Virus record (IMG/VR): IMGVR_UViG_3300028392_000034
Coordinates: 32,001 to 96,000 of that record
DNA length: 64,000 bases
Source of the DNA: a virus
Direction: 5' to 3' (one strand)
In this document: in pieces, positions 8,990 through 19,481 of the stretch
How positions within the stretch are numbered: the stretch's first letter is position 1
How the letters are laid out: each line of letters begins with the position of its first letter
Translations under genes and position numbers: made by a program
Notes under the pieces: generated by a model
The model's input: only the letters and a program-made list of their open reading frames with translations
The model's database searches: none
What the model was told of the DNA's origin: nothing

Positions 8990-10567
8990 TTGGCCATTGT
9001 TCAAATATCCCAAATTACAAACCGTAAAGGTTTAGCAGAAAATCTACCACAACTAGCCGGCGCAGAGTTTGGCTGGAGTACCGACACACGTCAACTCTGG
9101 ATTGGCAATGGCACCTTGGAAGATGGTGCACCAGTCATTGGCAACACTGAAATCTTAACGGAATTCAGTGATATTTTGAATTTTTCTACAACCTACACTT
9201 ACAAAGGACTGGCCGCTGGTTACACAGTGCAAACTGGCCCTACTTCGGGTACGCCAATTGATCTAAGTTTACAAAGTTGGCTTGATCAGTTTGCTTCAGT
9301 ATTAGATTTTGGTGCAGTAGGTGACGGCTCAACAGACTGCACAGCAGCAATCAATCGTGCGTTGTATCAATTGTATTGTAGAGAAGTTAACCCACAAATA
9401 CGTCGTAGTTTATTTTTCCCAGCCGGAGTATACAAAGTAACTGGCACGATCAACATTCCTCCCTATGCTACCTTGTATGGTGAAGGCCTAGATAATTCTG
9501 TAATTTCATTAGATTCAGGAGCAGCCTATGTGGCACAAACGGCTGACAGCTTGCAACAGACAGGAGTCAACATTGGATCTGGTGGAGCAACACCACCACA
9601 AAATATCACTATCACCAATCTTGGATTTCAAACGGTTGATACTGCAGCCAGCGTATTTTTAGTTGGCCAAGCCACTAATTGTCGTTTTAATAATGTAGGA
9701 TTTTATGGCCCAAATCAATCTGCACCAACTACAGACACTGCTGCTACTATTGCAGTAGATTTTAATACAACTGCTTCTTATTCATGCGAAAACATAATTT
9801 TTGATGGATGTGTATTAAGTGGAACAGTTTATGGAATCAACACCAATGAAGAAGTCAGTGGTGTTGCTATTTCAAATTCTGAATTTAATACATTATATCA
9901 AGGTGTGTTATTAGGAACTTTAGCACCTACACTGGTTTCGCCAACTGGTATTCGTATTACTAGTAATTTGTTTGATAACATTTATGCTGAAGGAATTATA
10001 TTTGGTGAGTACTCTAATTCAAATGCCTCTGGACATAATATTTTTTATAATGTAGGAAATCACGCACCCGACACTACTCCGTTTACTTCTATTATTGTTC
10101 TTAATAACAGTAATAACATTAGTATCAGCGATTTATTTTCTCGCAGTGACGCAGATGCTGTAACTTATCCTAGAGTGTATGCTGACATAGCCACCAACTT
10201 TGTTGCTACCACAAACGGTTCACAGATTGTATTGGCCACTGGAACTTATATAAGACAAAGTGGATCTCAAACTGAAATATCCAACGATGATACCAATACA
10301 GTTACTACGGTATCTACAGATCAAACTAGTGCGTTTGCAGTCAACTATACCATTGCAAGAGGCACTACACACCGCACAGGAACCATATTGATATCATCGG
10401 TTAACGGAACCGGTAATCCTGTTTGGTCTGATGACTTTGTGCAAAACGCAGACACCGGAGTTACATTGTCAGTTACTCAAGTTAACACTACAATAACAAT
10501 AACATACTCCGCTGAAAATACCTTGGGTAACGGAACAATTAACTATTCTATCAACTACCTAGCCTGA
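8990..10567 (+). CDS. Virion tail/baseplate protein with a pectate-lyase-like beta-helix
   Basis: N-terminal LAGAEFGWSTDTRQLWIGNG fibre-type motif; SVLDFGAVGDGSTDCTAAINRA and FFPAGVY motifs; TTG start with RBS. Confidence 0.7.
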   Translation: MAIVQISQITNRKGLAENLPQLAGAEFGWSTDTRQLWIGNGTLEDGAPVIGNTEILTEFSDILNFSTTYTYKGLAAGYTVQTGPTSGTPIDLSLQSWLDQFASVLDFGAVGDGSTDCTAAINRALYQLYCREVNPQIRRSLFFPAGVYKVTGTINIPPYATLYGEGLDNSVISLDSGAAYVAQTADSLQQTGVNIGSGGATPPQNITITNLGFQTVDTAASVFLVGQATNCRFNNVGFYGPNQSAPTTDTAATIAVDFNTTASYSCENIIFDGCVLSGTVYGINTNEEVSGVAISNSEFNTLYQGVLLGTLAPTLVSPTGIRITSNLFDNIYAEGIIFGEYSNSNASGHNIFYNVGNHAPDTTPFTSIIVLNNSNNISISDLFSRSDADAVTYPRVYADIATNFVATTNGSQIVLATGTYIRQSGSQTEISNDDTNTVTTVSTDQTSAFAVNYTIARGTTHRTGTILISSVNGTGNPVWSDDFVQNADTGVTLSVTQVNTTITITYSAENTLGNGTINYSINYLA

Positions 10568-10568
10568 T

Positions 10569-10985
10569 TTGATGTGGCCTGTAACATTTGATAATAGGCT
10601 ACAAGCCTGGGTAGAACTTCGCAGTCGTTGCCAAACTCTTAATTTAGAATCCGCATTAACTGCCGTTAATCAATGGTGGTTCAATTCCCCTTGGCAACCT
10701 TACTATTTACATTGGGACGACCAAACAGATTGGCCCGATCCTTGGCAACTTCTGAGCGACAATGTCTATTGTGATCTTGCTCGCGGGCTAGGAATCATGT
10801 ATACTATAAGTCTACTGGAACGTGCGGATATGGCGGATGCAGAGCTGGTTTTAGCTGAAGATGGCACTAATTTAGTCCTAGTAGCAAAAGAAAAATATAT
10901 ACTTAATTGGAACCGAGATTCAATCGTAAATAACGAATCCAAAGTTAATATCATTCAACGGTTTAGAAAAACCCAAGTTACGTAG
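10569..10985 (+). CDS. Hypothetical phage protein
   Basis: Trp-rich ORF following the structural gene. Confidence 0.6.
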   Translation: MMWPVTFDNRLQAWVELRSRCQTLNLESALTAVNQWWFNSPWQPYYLHWDDQTDWPDPWQLLSDNVYCDLARGLGIMYTISLLERADMADAELVLAEDGTNLVLVAKEKYILNWNRDSIVNNESKVNIIQRFRKTQVT

Positions 10986-11017
10986 TAAAATTTAAAATTA
11001 GAACAAGAAAGTAAAAG

Positions 11018-13333
11018 ATGCAGATAAGTGTAGTTAAAAGAAGCGGACTAAAAGAGCCACTGCAAATTGATAAATGGCAGGCCCAAGTTGCTAAAGTCTG
11101 CCAAGGAATTGCTGATGTAAGTCAGAGCATGATAGAAATCAAAGCACAATTGCATTTTTATGATGGAATCACCACACAAGAAATTGATGGCATTACGCTA
11201 CGAGCCATTGTAGATTTAATTGACGTTGAAAGTAATCCTGATATTGGTCACACAAATTATCAATTTGTTGCTGGCAAACAAAGATTGAGTATGTTACGAA
11301 AAGATGTATATGGAACATACGAAGTCCCTCATCTATTAGACATTGTAAAAAAGAATGTAGCAACTGGTCTATATACCAACGAACTTCTTGAGTGGTATAC
11401 TGAAGAAGAATGGAATCGTATGAATGACATGTTGGACCATAGCAAGGATGAACAGTATTCGTATGCCGCAATTGAACAATTGATTGAAAAATACCTTGTG
11501 CGTAATCGTGCTACTAAAGAAATTTACGAAACTCCACAAATTCGTTATATGATTGCAGCCGCTACAGTGTTTCACAAGGAAGAACCTAACAGCGCAAGGA
11601 TGCGTTACATAAAGGAATACTACAATGCCGCAAGTGATGGATTATTTACCCTTGCTACTCCCGTCCTTGCTGGTCTCGGTACCCCTACTAAGCAATTCAG
11701 TTCGTGCGTTCTCATTCGCAGTGATGATGACCTGGATAGTATTTTTGCTAGTGGTGAGATGATGGCCAAGTATGCGGCTAAACGAGCCGGCATTGGTCTT
11801 GAAATTGGTCGATTACGGCCTTTGGGCGCACCTATCCGTGGTGGAGAAGTAATGCACACCGGTATGGTACCATTCTTAAAGAAATGGTTTGGTGATCTGC
11901 GTAGTTGCAGTCAAGGAGGTATTCGTAATGCAAGTGCTACAGTTTTTTATCCTATTTGGCATTATCAGTTTGATGATCTTATTGTGCTTAAGAACAACCA
12001 AGGAACAGACGAAACCCGAGTCCGTCATATGGATTATGGGGTTGTGCTTAGTGCTCTCTTCTGGAGACGATTTAAAAATAAAGAAAACATAACATTCTTT
12101 GATCCTAATGAAGTTCCGGACTTGTACGAAGCATTTTATAAAAACACAGAACGATTTGAACAGCTCTATGTCAAGTACGAAAAACGTAAAGATCTACGCA
12201 CCAAGACTATGGCCGCAGAAGATGTATTCAAAGGCGGCATATTAAAAGAGAGAACAGACACCGGTCGTATCTACCTGGTGTTCATAGATAATGTTCAGAA
12301 TCAAGGTTCGTTTGATACTGAATATCATACCATTTACCAAAGTAATCTTTGCTGTGAAATCCTATTACCTACTAAGTCTTTTAAACGTCTTGATGACAGC
12401 GATGGTCGCATTGCTTTATGCACCCTGGGTAGTATCAACTGGGGGGCCTTCAGGAATCCAGAAGACATGCGTCGTGCTTGTCGCATACTTCAGCGTAGCC
12501 TGTGCAACATTCTTGACTACCAAGACTTTCTCTCTATTCAGAGTCAACTTTCAAACGACGAGATTCAGCCATTGGGTATTGGAATCACTAATCTGGCCTA
12601 CTGGCATGCCAAGAGAGGCATGCAGTACGGAGAAAAAGACGCCTTGCATGAAGTCAAGACATGGATGGAACACCAGGCCTACTACCTGACAGAAGCCACT
12701 GTGGAGCTGGCCAAGGAACGTGGCCGTTGCAAAGATTCAGATCACACCTGGTATGGCAAAGGTGTATTTCCATGGGAACGTCGTGCCAAAGGAGTCAATG
12801 AACTAACAGACTTTGCTCCTGAACTAAACTGGGAAAGCCTACGTGCAGAAATGCGAGCGTATGGTGTGCGTAATGCTACTCTAATGGCAGTGGCACCGGT
12901 TGAATCTAGCAGTGTTGTTATTAACAGCACCAATGGTATTGAAATGCCTATGAGCCTTATTACTGTTAAAGAAAGCAAGGCCGGCAGTTTAATTCAAGTG
13001 GCACCGGAATACAATAAATTGAAAAACAAATATCAACTAATGTGGGCACAAAAAGATTGTGATGGCTATTTAAAAACCGCGGCTGTGTTGGCCGCCTATG
13101 TAGATCAAAGTATCAGTACCAACACATTCTACAATCCGGCACACTTTGCTGACCGTAAAGTGCCAACCACATTGATTGCTCAAAACTTAATGTTAGCCCA
13201 CCGTTGGGGACTAAAAACATTCTACTATAGTTTGATCAACAAACAAGGTAGCAAAGGCCAAGACGAACCCACAGCAGCATTGGAAGTAATAGACTTTGAC
13301 GATCAAGAAGATTGTGAAGCATGTAAACTTTAA
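11018..13333 (+). CDS. nrdA: Ribonucleoside-diphosphate reductase class Ia, alpha subunit
   Basis: ATP cone (VVKRSG), FSSCVL, QSNLCCEI, GLKTFYY, C-terminal CEAC. Confidence 0.97.
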   Translation: MQISVVKRSGLKEPLQIDKWQAQVAKVCQGIADVSQSMIEIKAQLHFYDGITTQEIDGITLRAIVDLIDVESNPDIGHTNYQFVAGKQRLSMLRKDVYGTYEVPHLLDIVKKNVATGLYTNELLEWYTEEEWNRMNDMLDHSKDEQYSYAAIEQLIEKYLVRNRATKEIYETPQIRYMIAAATVFHKEEPNSARMRYIKEYYNAASDGLFTLATPVLAGLGTPTKQFSSCVLIRSDDDLDSIFASGEMMAKYAAKRAGIGLEIGRLRPLGAPIRGGEVMHTGMVPFLKKWFGDLRSCSQGGIRNASATVFYPIWHYQFDDLIVLKNNQGTDETRVRHMDYGVVLSALFWRRFKNKENITFFDPNEVPDLYEAFYKNTERFEQLYVKYEKRKDLRTKTMAAEDVFKGGILKERTDTGRIYLVFIDNVQNQGSFDTEYHTIYQSNLCCEILLPTKSFKRLDDSDGRIALCTLGSINWGAFRNPEDMRRACRILQRSLCNILDYQDFLSIQSQLSNDEIQPLGIGITNLAYWHAKRGMQYGEKDALHEVKTWMEHQAYYLTEATVELAKERGRCKDSDHTWYGKGVFPWERRAKGVNELTDFAPELNWESLRAEMRAYGVRNATLMAVAPVESSSVVINSTNGIEMPMSLITVKESKAGSLIQVAPEYNKLKNKYQLMWAQKDCDGYLKTAAVLAAYVDQSISTNTFYNPAHFADRKVPTTLIAQNLMLAHRWGLKTFYYSLINKQGSKGQDEPTAALEVIDFDDQEDCEACKL

Positions 13334-13341
13334 GAGAAAAA

Positions 13342-14442
13342 ATGTCAAAAGAACAATACAATTTAAAAACAAAAACAGATTACCTACATCGCAAGATGTT
13401 TCTGGATCCAGCGGGTCCTGTGACCATACAGAGATTTGAGGAAGTCAAATATTCAAAACTAACTAAATTTGAAGCAGAGGCCAGAGGATTCTTTTGGGTA
13501 CCAGAAGAGATCAGTCTGACCAAAGATGCCAACGACTTCAAAGAAGCTAGTGACACAGTGCGTCATATCTTTACCAGTAACCTGTTGCGTCAAACTGCCT
13601 TGGACAGTTTGCAAGGTCGTGGCCCTACACAGGTGTTTACACCGGTATGTAGTATTCCTGAACTAGAAGCACTGATGTTTAATTGGGGTTTCTTTGAAAC
13701 CAACATTCACAGTCGTAGTTATAGCCACATCATTCGCAACATCTACAACATACCTAAGGATGTGTTCAACACAATTCACGACACACAAGAGATTGTGGAT
13801 ATGGCGTCAAGCGTGGGCAAGTATTATGATGCCTTGCATACAATCAACTGTTACAAAGAAACAGGCACTGATGTCGCTGAAAGTCATCACATCAAACATA
13901 TCTGGCTAGCACTCAATGCCAGCTATGCTCTGGAAGCATTCCGCTTTATGGTAAGTTTTGCCACAAGCCTGGCCATGGTTGAGAATCGCATCTTCATTGG
14001 CAACGGCAATATCATCAGCTTGATCCTACAAGACGAAATTTTACACAAAGACTGGACAGCCTGGATTATCAATCAAGTGGTCAAAGAAGATCCACGATTT
14101 GCACAGGCCAAACGAGACTGCGAGGCGGAAGTATATCAGCTGTATTTAGATGTTATTCGTGAAGAGAAACAATGGGCAGACTACTTGTTTAACAAAGGCC
14201 CAGTTATTGGACTTAACGCTAACATTCTTAAGGACTTTGTTGATTACACGGCCGTAGGCGCACTCAAAGAAGTAGGGATCAAGTATCAAACTCCTGCTCC
14301 TAAGACCACACCTATTCCGTGGTTTAATAAACATGTAAATACCAGTAATAAACAAACTGCATTACAAGAATCAGAATCGACTAATTATGTTATTGGAGTC
14401 ATGAGTGATGTTCTTGACTACGATGCATTACCCAATCTATAA
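13342..14442 (+). CDS. nrdB: Ribonucleoside-diphosphate reductase class Ia, beta subunit
   Basis: FFWVPEE, ETNIHSRSY, LEAFRF, DEILH, QESESTNY. Confidence 0.96.
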   Translation: MSKEQYNLKTKTDYLHRKMFLDPAGPVTIQRFEEVKYSKLTKFEAEARGFFWVPEEISLTKDANDFKEASDTVRHIFTSNLLRQTALDSLQGRGPTQVFTPVCSIPELEALMFNWGFFETNIHSRSYSHIIRNIYNIPKDVFNTIHDTQEIVDMASSVGKYYDALHTINCYKETGTDVAESHHIKHIWLALNASYALEAFRFMVSFATSLAMVENRIFIGNGNIISLILQDEILHKDWTAWIINQVVKEDPRFAQAKRDCEAEVYQLYLDVIREEKQWADYLFNKGPVIGLNANILKDFVDYTAVGALKEVGIKYQTPAPKTTPIPWFNKHVNTSNKQTALQESESTNYVIGVMSDVLDYDALPNL

Positions 14443-14458
14443 TATCAAGGAGTATAAA

Positions 14459-14683
14459 ATGAAAGCAACAGTATGGAGCAAGTATCACTGCCCTTATTGC
14501 GACCAAGCAAAGGCATTGTTAAAACAAAAAGGTATTGAATTTGAAGAGAAAAAAATTGGTGACGGATATACTAGAGAAGATTTGTTAGAAGCAATTCCTG
14601 ATGCTAGAACTGTGCCACAGATTTTTTTAGACGATAAATTAATAGGCGGGTTTACAGAACTACGAGCACATTTACAAGGATAA
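14459..14683 (+). CDS. Glutaredoxin
   Basis: CPYC, TVPQIF, IGGF; AAGGAG RBS before ATG 14459. Confidence 0.93.
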   Translation: MKATVWSKYHCPYCDQAKALLKQKGIEFEEKKIGDGYTREDLLEAIPDARTVPQIFLDDKLIGGFTELRAHLQG

Positions 14684-14684
14684 C

Positions 14685-14987
14685 ATGATAGTAGAAAAAG
14701 ACAAAGTTTACACATTTAAATTGACCAATGCTGACGAACTGGTTGGAAAAATTGTTGATATTACCGACAATGCCTACGTTGTTTCACAGCCACTCAGTGC
14801 TGTGCCCACAGAAAAAGGCATACAATTGATTTTTACAGTATTTACTGGCAATCCCAAGGAAAATGCGACTATAAATAAAACAGCAGTAGCAATGATCTGT
14901 CAAACTCGTGAAGAAGTTTGTGATCATTACTTGGAGGCCACCACTGGTATCAAAGCCGTGCGTAAGCCATCAATTATAATGGGGTAA
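14685..14987 (+). CDS. Small Sm-like phage protein (hypothetical)
   Basis: FKLTNADELVGKI beta-rich pattern; AAGGA RBS. Confidence 0.45.
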   Translation: MIVEKDKVYTFKLTNADELVGKIVDITDNAYVVSQPLSAVPTEKGIQLIFTVFTGNPKENATINKTAVAMICQTREEVCDHYLEATTGIKAVRKPSIIMG

Positions 14988-14991
14988 TACG

Positions 14992-15285
14992 ATGCCAGGC
15001 GTTCAACGTGTAGGAGATTTTAATTCCGGTGGCGGTATTGCCATTGGTCCAGGTCATAACAACGTGTTGATCAACGGCCGCCCGGCACTGATACCTATGA
15101 CTCCGTTTACACCACATCCTTTTTGCAGTCCTAAAGCTCCGCTGTGTTGCATCGGAGTGGTTGCTATAACCGGCACATCAAAGTCGGTATTTGCCAATGG
15201 TCAACCGTTGGTATTGGATGGTGGCAAAGACAGTTGTCTTAAACACGCTCGCGCTGGTGGCAGTCCCAACGTCAAGGCACGATAA
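14992..15285 (+). CDS. PAAR-like tail spike tip protein
   Basis: RVGD, VLINGRPA, H/C-rich motif, VFANGQP, GSPNV; late box TATAAATA near 14870. Confidence 0.75.
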   Translation: MPGVQRVGDFNSGGGIAIGPGHNNVLINGRPALIPMTPFTPHPFCSPKAPLCCIGVVAITGTSKSVFANGQPLVLDGGKDSCLKHARAGGSPNVKAR

Positions 15286-16256
15286 TGACCACTGGCACAT
15301 TAAGCAGTGTAAACCTTATTGCTGGTGCCGGTATCCTGGGAAATGTTGGCGGATATCCCATTGATGCCAATGCTGATCTTACAAATGCAATCTCAAGCTA
15401 TACATCAACCAGCGTGGTTGCAAGATTTTTAGCCATTGCATCGTCTGGATATGTCAATCAAAATATTGTGGCCAATACATTTCCAGCATTGACTGATGCT
15501 GTTCCTACAGCATATCAAAGTAACCTAGGAAACGCTACCTTGACCTCGACTGTAGTTGCGGCCAATAACCAAATACTGGGCGACAATGACATAGGAAAAT
15601 TTGAACAGGTATTTTCTTCAGCACAGGCGTTTGTTAGCCAAACCAATCAATTGATCAAGACCACACTGAATGCCGACTCATCGACTAACACCACTGGATA
15701 TACTTCGCAAGATAATTTAGCCACTGGCGGAATCAGTTCAATCAGCCAGGCCTTCTCTGCATTTGGTGCAGACTTAGCGCAATTAGGATTTTTAATTGAT
15801 CTAACCAATCTAAACAATTTAGGAAATCCAGCGGCAGTGCTACAGCAATTGGCCAAAGTGGCCAGCACAACTCCGGCATTGAACACAGCCCTGTTAAATG
15901 TTGGCATACCTGAGTCAGCAGCGGTTGATCCTCAGTCGGTGACTTTTACCGCCCAGCAACAACGTCTTATCTACATAGCAATGACACAGATCACCGGTAC
16001 TGACCTGCAACAAATTTTAAGTTTGTTGCGTGTGACCACTGCTGGTTTGACCACCATGGCTGATCTATTGAATCCTGTAAAAACTTTTCCAAGAAGTTAC
16101 AACACTCTGACCGCTCCTACTGCCAATGGTCTACGTGGTATCTATATCAACAGCTCTGGCGCAGTCAATAGTCGATTGGAAACTGAGTTACCAACCAATG
16201 TGCTTGTACCTCTAACTGGTAATCCGATACAGAACATGTCAACTCAACTAACATGA
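15285..16256 (+). CDS. Putative baseplate/virion protein
   Basis: Coupled to the PAAR gene; Thr/Ala/Asn-rich. Confidence 0.5.
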   Translation: MTTGTLSSVNLIAGAGILGNVGGYPIDANADLTNAISSYTSTSVVARFLAIASSGYVNQNIVANTFPALTDAVPTAYQSNLGNATLTSTVVAANNQILGDNDIGKFEQVFSSAQAFVSQTNQLIKTTLNADSSTNTTGYTSQDNLATGGISSISQAFSAFGADLAQLGFLIDLTNLNNLGNPAAVLQQLAKVASTTPALNTALLNVGIPESAAVDPQSVTFTAQQQRLIYIAMTQITGTDLQQILSLLRVTTAGLTTMADLLNPVKTFPRSYNTLTAPTANGLRGIYINSSGAVNSRLETELPTNVLVPLTGNPIQNMSTQLT

Positions 16257-17242
16257 GCACCTACAGTCAACTACGTCAAATAATTCCGCCTGATCAGGCT
16301 CTGGCCAGTAAAGCACTACAGGCCGGACTTCAACAGGTTAAAAATATTTTTGACACTGAACTTCCTCAGTTGGCCATAGCCACAGAAGGGTTAGAAAGCA
16401 ATGTTGGGCTTGAGGATATCGGCAACCTAACTGGCCCATTGCCAGCCAATGTCACAGCATATTTTACAGACACCTTGGCCACAGGAACTGGACCACAAGG
16501 CCTGTTGTTGTTAACTGATGTGATTGGCAGTATTACCGGCTACAACATTACCGGTGAAATCGCCAATACCACTGCTATTTTAAGCAACATGACCTCATCA
16601 GGAGATTTTGCCGCATTGACCAATCTCACCACAGGTGTGTATACTGTAATGGAAAACTGTATAGCCGGTGATTATACTCAGGTAATAGGATCAGTTCCAC
16701 CTTATACCTATCGTGTAGTAATTCCAGGAGGACTTCCAGGAGCCGGTACTTATGGACCAGACGGTACAGCCAATGCAGCCGTCGGCAATGCATTTACTAA
16801 TGGGCTAAATCCAGCCATGGTTACCACAGTAGGAAACATTATTGCTGCATATCCGACTGATGTGGCCAACACCACTGCCAATTTCAATATCATATGTGAT
16901 CAATTGCAAACACAGAACGTCAATTTAGCCCTGGCTGGAGTATCGTTTGCCAACTTGGTTCCAGGACTACAACCCTGGAGTTTGGTTTATAATTTAGCAT
17001 CAACTGGGTTGGAAGTAGTTGAAGGTGGACCAGCTTATGTATTGCAAAGCATATCCAACGTCAATACACAAGGCGGCCAAGCTATCATAAGCACCATGCG
17101 TCAAGCTCGTAATCAAGAGCGATTAAGTGCAGCCGGTATGCAAACGGATATTACCATAAGCGATCAATATCCAGAACCTCGAGCCAATTTCGGTACCACA
17201 CAATACACTGTGGCTCAGGCCACTAGTCAAAAAATTATTTAA
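16253..17242 (+). CDS. Putative baseplate/virion protein
   Basis: Same operon and composition. Confidence 0.5.
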   Translation: MSTYSQLRQIIPPDQALASKALQAGLQQVKNIFDTELPQLAIATEGLESNVGLEDIGNLTGPLPANVTAYFTDTLATGTGPQGLLLLTDVIGSITGYNITGEIANTTAILSNMTSSGDFAALTNLTTGVYTVMENCIAGDYTQVIGSVPPYTYRVVIPGGLPGAGTYGPDGTANAAVGNAFTNGLNPAMVTTVGNIIAAYPTDVANTTANFNIICDQLQTQNVNLALAGVSFANLVPGLQPWSLVYNLASTGLEVVEGGPAYVLQSISNVNTQGGQAIISTMRQARNQERLSAAGMQTDITISDQYPEPRANFGTTQYTVAQATSQKII

Positions 17243-17306
17243 TTTAGCCAAACCTTGTCAACTGACCGCAATGGTCAGGCGTTGTATTATTACACAAGGA
17301 GGGTTT

Positions 17307-17621
17307 ATGAAAAAACTCTTGATAGCAAGTCTAATTGGTTTCGCTGTGGTCAGCGCCCAAGCACATGGTCCTTATTACCACGGTTATGGACGAGGATGGC
17401 AAAGTAATCCGGGTTGGTGGGTAGCACCGGCTGTGATTGGCGGTGTAATAGGATATGAAATTAACCGACCCCCGGTTTACACTGCACCGCCAGTGATTGT
17501 CCAACCACAGCCGATGGTAATACAATCAAATCCTACAATTGTTTCGGGTCAGAATTGTGGTCCATGGACTGAAATTCGCAATGCCGACGGATCTACCACA
17601 TACCAAAGGACTTGTCAATAA
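17307..17621 (+). CDS. Secreted Pro/Tyr-rich protein
   Basis: AAGGAGG RBS; signal peptide MKKLLIASLIGFAVVSAQA. Confidence 0.6.
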   Translation: MKKLLIASLIGFAVVSAQAHGPYYHGYGRGWQSNPGWWVAPAVIGGVIGYEINRPPVYTAPPVIVQPQPMVIQSNPTIVSGQNCGPWTEIRNADGSTTYQRTCQ

Positions 17622-17639
17622 TGTTAATGAGGACAAAAA

Positions 17640-18020
17640 TTGTTTCGTACAAAGATAAAGATTGTTGGTTTGACGTTAAGCCTGGCAAGTATAGTATCGA
17701 ACGTGCAAGCACACGATATTCCTACAGGTGCGTTTGTTCGGACTGTGATCAAAAAAGAACAGGACCGTGCAACCACCAGGCCTCGTATCCCAAAAAATAA
17801 ACTTTTTCGCAGCAATCCGTTAAGAAAAAGTCTAATACTTGGAGGCACAGATCCTTGGGATACAGTCGACGATGAAGATGTCATTGCCAATGCTTATCGT
17901 AGGCCCATTGAGCCCAACACAATTAGCAATGATGACGATGAGTTGTCAGACCATGTAAAATTTAGATTATGGCTTGCCAGGCAGTTGGCACTTAAAAAAT
18001 ATTACGAAACCTGGGGGTAA
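17640..18020 (+). CDS. Hypothetical protein with a possible signal peptide
   Basis: TTG start after GAGGA; ends at a terminator. Confidence 0.5.
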   Translation: MFRTKIKIVGLTLSLASIVSNVQAHDIPTGAFVRTVIKKEQDRATTRPRIPKNKLFRSNPLRKSLILGGTDPWDTVDDEDVIANAYRRPIEPNTISNDDDELSDHVKFRLWLARQLALKKYYETWG

Positions 18021-18035
18021 AAGCCCGGGTTTTTT
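18007..18035 (+). terminator. Rho-independent terminator
   Basis: AAACCTGGG-GGTAAAAG-CCCGGGTTTTTT. Confidence 0.6.
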
Positions 18036-18052
18036 GTTGTAAAAACGCCACA
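18035..18052. promoter_or_regulatory. 18-bp imperfect palindrome TGTKG-N8-CMACA (copy 1)
   Basis: TGTTGTAAAAACGCCACA; similar copies at 48331 and 48352. Confidence 0.45.
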
Positions 18053-18097
18053 CACAATGGATCCTAAAAATGTAACTAAAAGTATTACATTTTGATT

Positions 18098-18152
18098 GGT
18101 TGACCAAAAACACCCGTTCGGTTATAATACTTGTATAGAAACTAAAAAGGAG
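18098..18152 (+). promoter_or_regulatory. Repeated early sigma70 promoter-RBS unit (copy 1)
   Basis: TTGACC-N17-TATAAT-ACTTGTATAGAAACTAAAAAGGAG. Confidence 0.85.
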
Positions 18153-18159
18153 TTGCAAA

Positions 18160-18576
18160 ATGGTTAACTGGACTGACTCTATCATACATTGGAATCAACT
18201 GCCTGGTACCGAAGTCAAGCGTCTGCTGGACACCTGGGGCAAGGATGAAGCATTCATTGCCCGATATGATAAGAAGCATGGTTATGCTGTGTCACCTGCA
18301 AAGACTGTGACCAAATCGGCCGCCAAAACGGAAGCCACGACTCCTGCAAAGGCTGTCAAAAAGGCAACCACGGCGGCACCTAAAAAGGTCACCACTCGTC
18401 AGAAGCATACCGGTCCTGACGGTGCGGTCAAATATGTTGAGCATCGTGAACTGTATGTGGGTTTCTTTGGCGGTAAGGTTGTAGTGACCAAACGCACCGA
18501 AGCGGCTTGCCGAGAAGTTTTGGCCAGAGAATACGGTGTAGAACCTGTTGGCAGCTGGGAAACTGTTAATGTATAA
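18160..18576 (+). CDS. Early hypothetical protein with a Lys/Ala/Thr-rich linker
   Basis: Directly follows the promoter-RBS repeat. Confidence 0.7.
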   Translation: MVNWTDSIIHWNQLPGTEVKRLLDTWGKDEAFIARYDKKHGYAVSPAKTVTKSAAKTEATTPAKAVKKATTAAPKKVTTRQKHTGPDGAVKYVEHRELYVGFFGGKVVVTKRTEAACREVLAREYGVEPVGSWETVNV

Positions 18577-18579
18577 ACC

Positions 18580-18634
18580 GGTTGACCAAAAAACCTAAAT
18601 CGGTTATAATACTTGTATAGAAACTAAAAAGGAG
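18580..18634 (+). promoter_or_regulatory. Repeated early sigma70 promoter-RBS unit (copy 2)
   Basis: Shares the identical 32-mer GTTATAATACTTGTATAGAAACTAAAAAGGAG with copies 1 and 4. Confidence 0.85.
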
Positions 18635-18640
18635 CCCGGT

Positions 18641-18973
18641 ATGAAACTAATGATTGCTACCCAGATCCAAGAGAACTATGGAGCCCACGATTGGGACGGT
18701 GAGGGTGAGTGCCCTCAATATTGGAAGTTCAAGGGCGGCAACGATTATTCGTATGCCTTGGGCAATTATAGTCGCAACCAAGAAGCTCTGGCCGAGTTGG
18801 TCACAGCCCTGTCAGAACAGATCAACGAAGACGGCCCTTACTACCGAGAGTATGTGATTGGCTGGTCAGTTGAGGCTGATGACTACCTTACTGAGTTTGA
18901 ACAAAGTCAGTTGGAGTATGATGGTCGTATTGTTTTCCCTACCAAACAACTCACCTTAAAGGAAATTGCATAA
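18641..18973 (+). CDS. Early hypothetical protein (ENYGAHDWDG...WKFKGG)
   Basis: Follows the promoter repeat. Confidence 0.7.
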   Translation: MKLMIATQIQENYGAHDWDGEGECPQYWKFKGGNDYSYALGNYSRNQEALAELVTALSEQINEDGPYYREYVIGWSVEADDYLTEFEQSQLEYDGRIVFPTKQLTLKEIA

Positions 18974-19200
18974 TGGCAAGCAAATACGTCGAAGGTTTGG
19001 CAGTAGAAATTGCCTGGATGACTAACGAATCACTTGGCCAATTGGCCCGAGAATTGGTAGCACGGCATAGCGAACGTGCTGACTACTTGGACATGATGAT
19101 CCGGGCCGAGTTCCAAGAAAAGTTAATGGCCTACAACGAGCGCCAGTCTCGCAAACAGCAAGTGGTACAGGCCATTGCAAAAGATTTGGTTGGAATATAA
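18973..19200 (+). CDS. Hypothetical protein
   Basis: TAATG coupling and RBS. Confidence 0.6.
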   Translation: MASKYVEGLAVEIAWMTNESLGQLARELVARHSERADYLDMMIRAEFQEKLMAYNERQSRKQQVVQAIAKDLVGI

Positions 19201-19201
19201 C

Positions 19202-19447
19202 ATGTCTGAAATCCGACTTGAAGGCCTGAATCATCGTCAGCAGGTACTGGCTGACATCATGTGGAGCATTGAAGAATGGGATGACGTAGAGCGTTTTATT
19301 GCCGCCCTACCCGCTCGTGAACGTATCGAGTGTGAAGGCATCATCGAAATGATGCGTTTAGAATTGGTTGAGCAATATCGTGCCTACCAGGAATCAGAAA
19401 ACACCCTGGAAGCTGATCAGGTGATTGACAAGATTCGAAAACTCTAA
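19202..19447 (+). CDS. Hypothetical protein
   Basis: ATG at 19202 immediately after the preceding stop. Confidence 0.55.
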   Translation: MSEIRLEGLNHRQQVLADIMWSIEEWDDVERFIAALPARERIECEGIIEMMRLELVEQYRAYQESENTLEADQVIDKIRKL

Positions 19448-19481
19448 TACAATAACATAAACTACACAACTGGAGTCGCAC

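Noticed and set aside
8990-10567. Diversity-generating retroelement target, given the Mtd-like N-terminal motif
   Set aside because: No reverse transcriptase and no template/variable repeat pair is visible in the window.
11018-14442. Intron, intein or homing endonuclease in nrdA/nrdB
   Set aside because: Both ORFs are continuous, of normal length, and only 8 nt apart.
14992-15285. Type VI secretion system, given the PAAR gene
   Set aside because: No other T6SS genes are present, and PAAR tips are normal parts of contractile phage tails.
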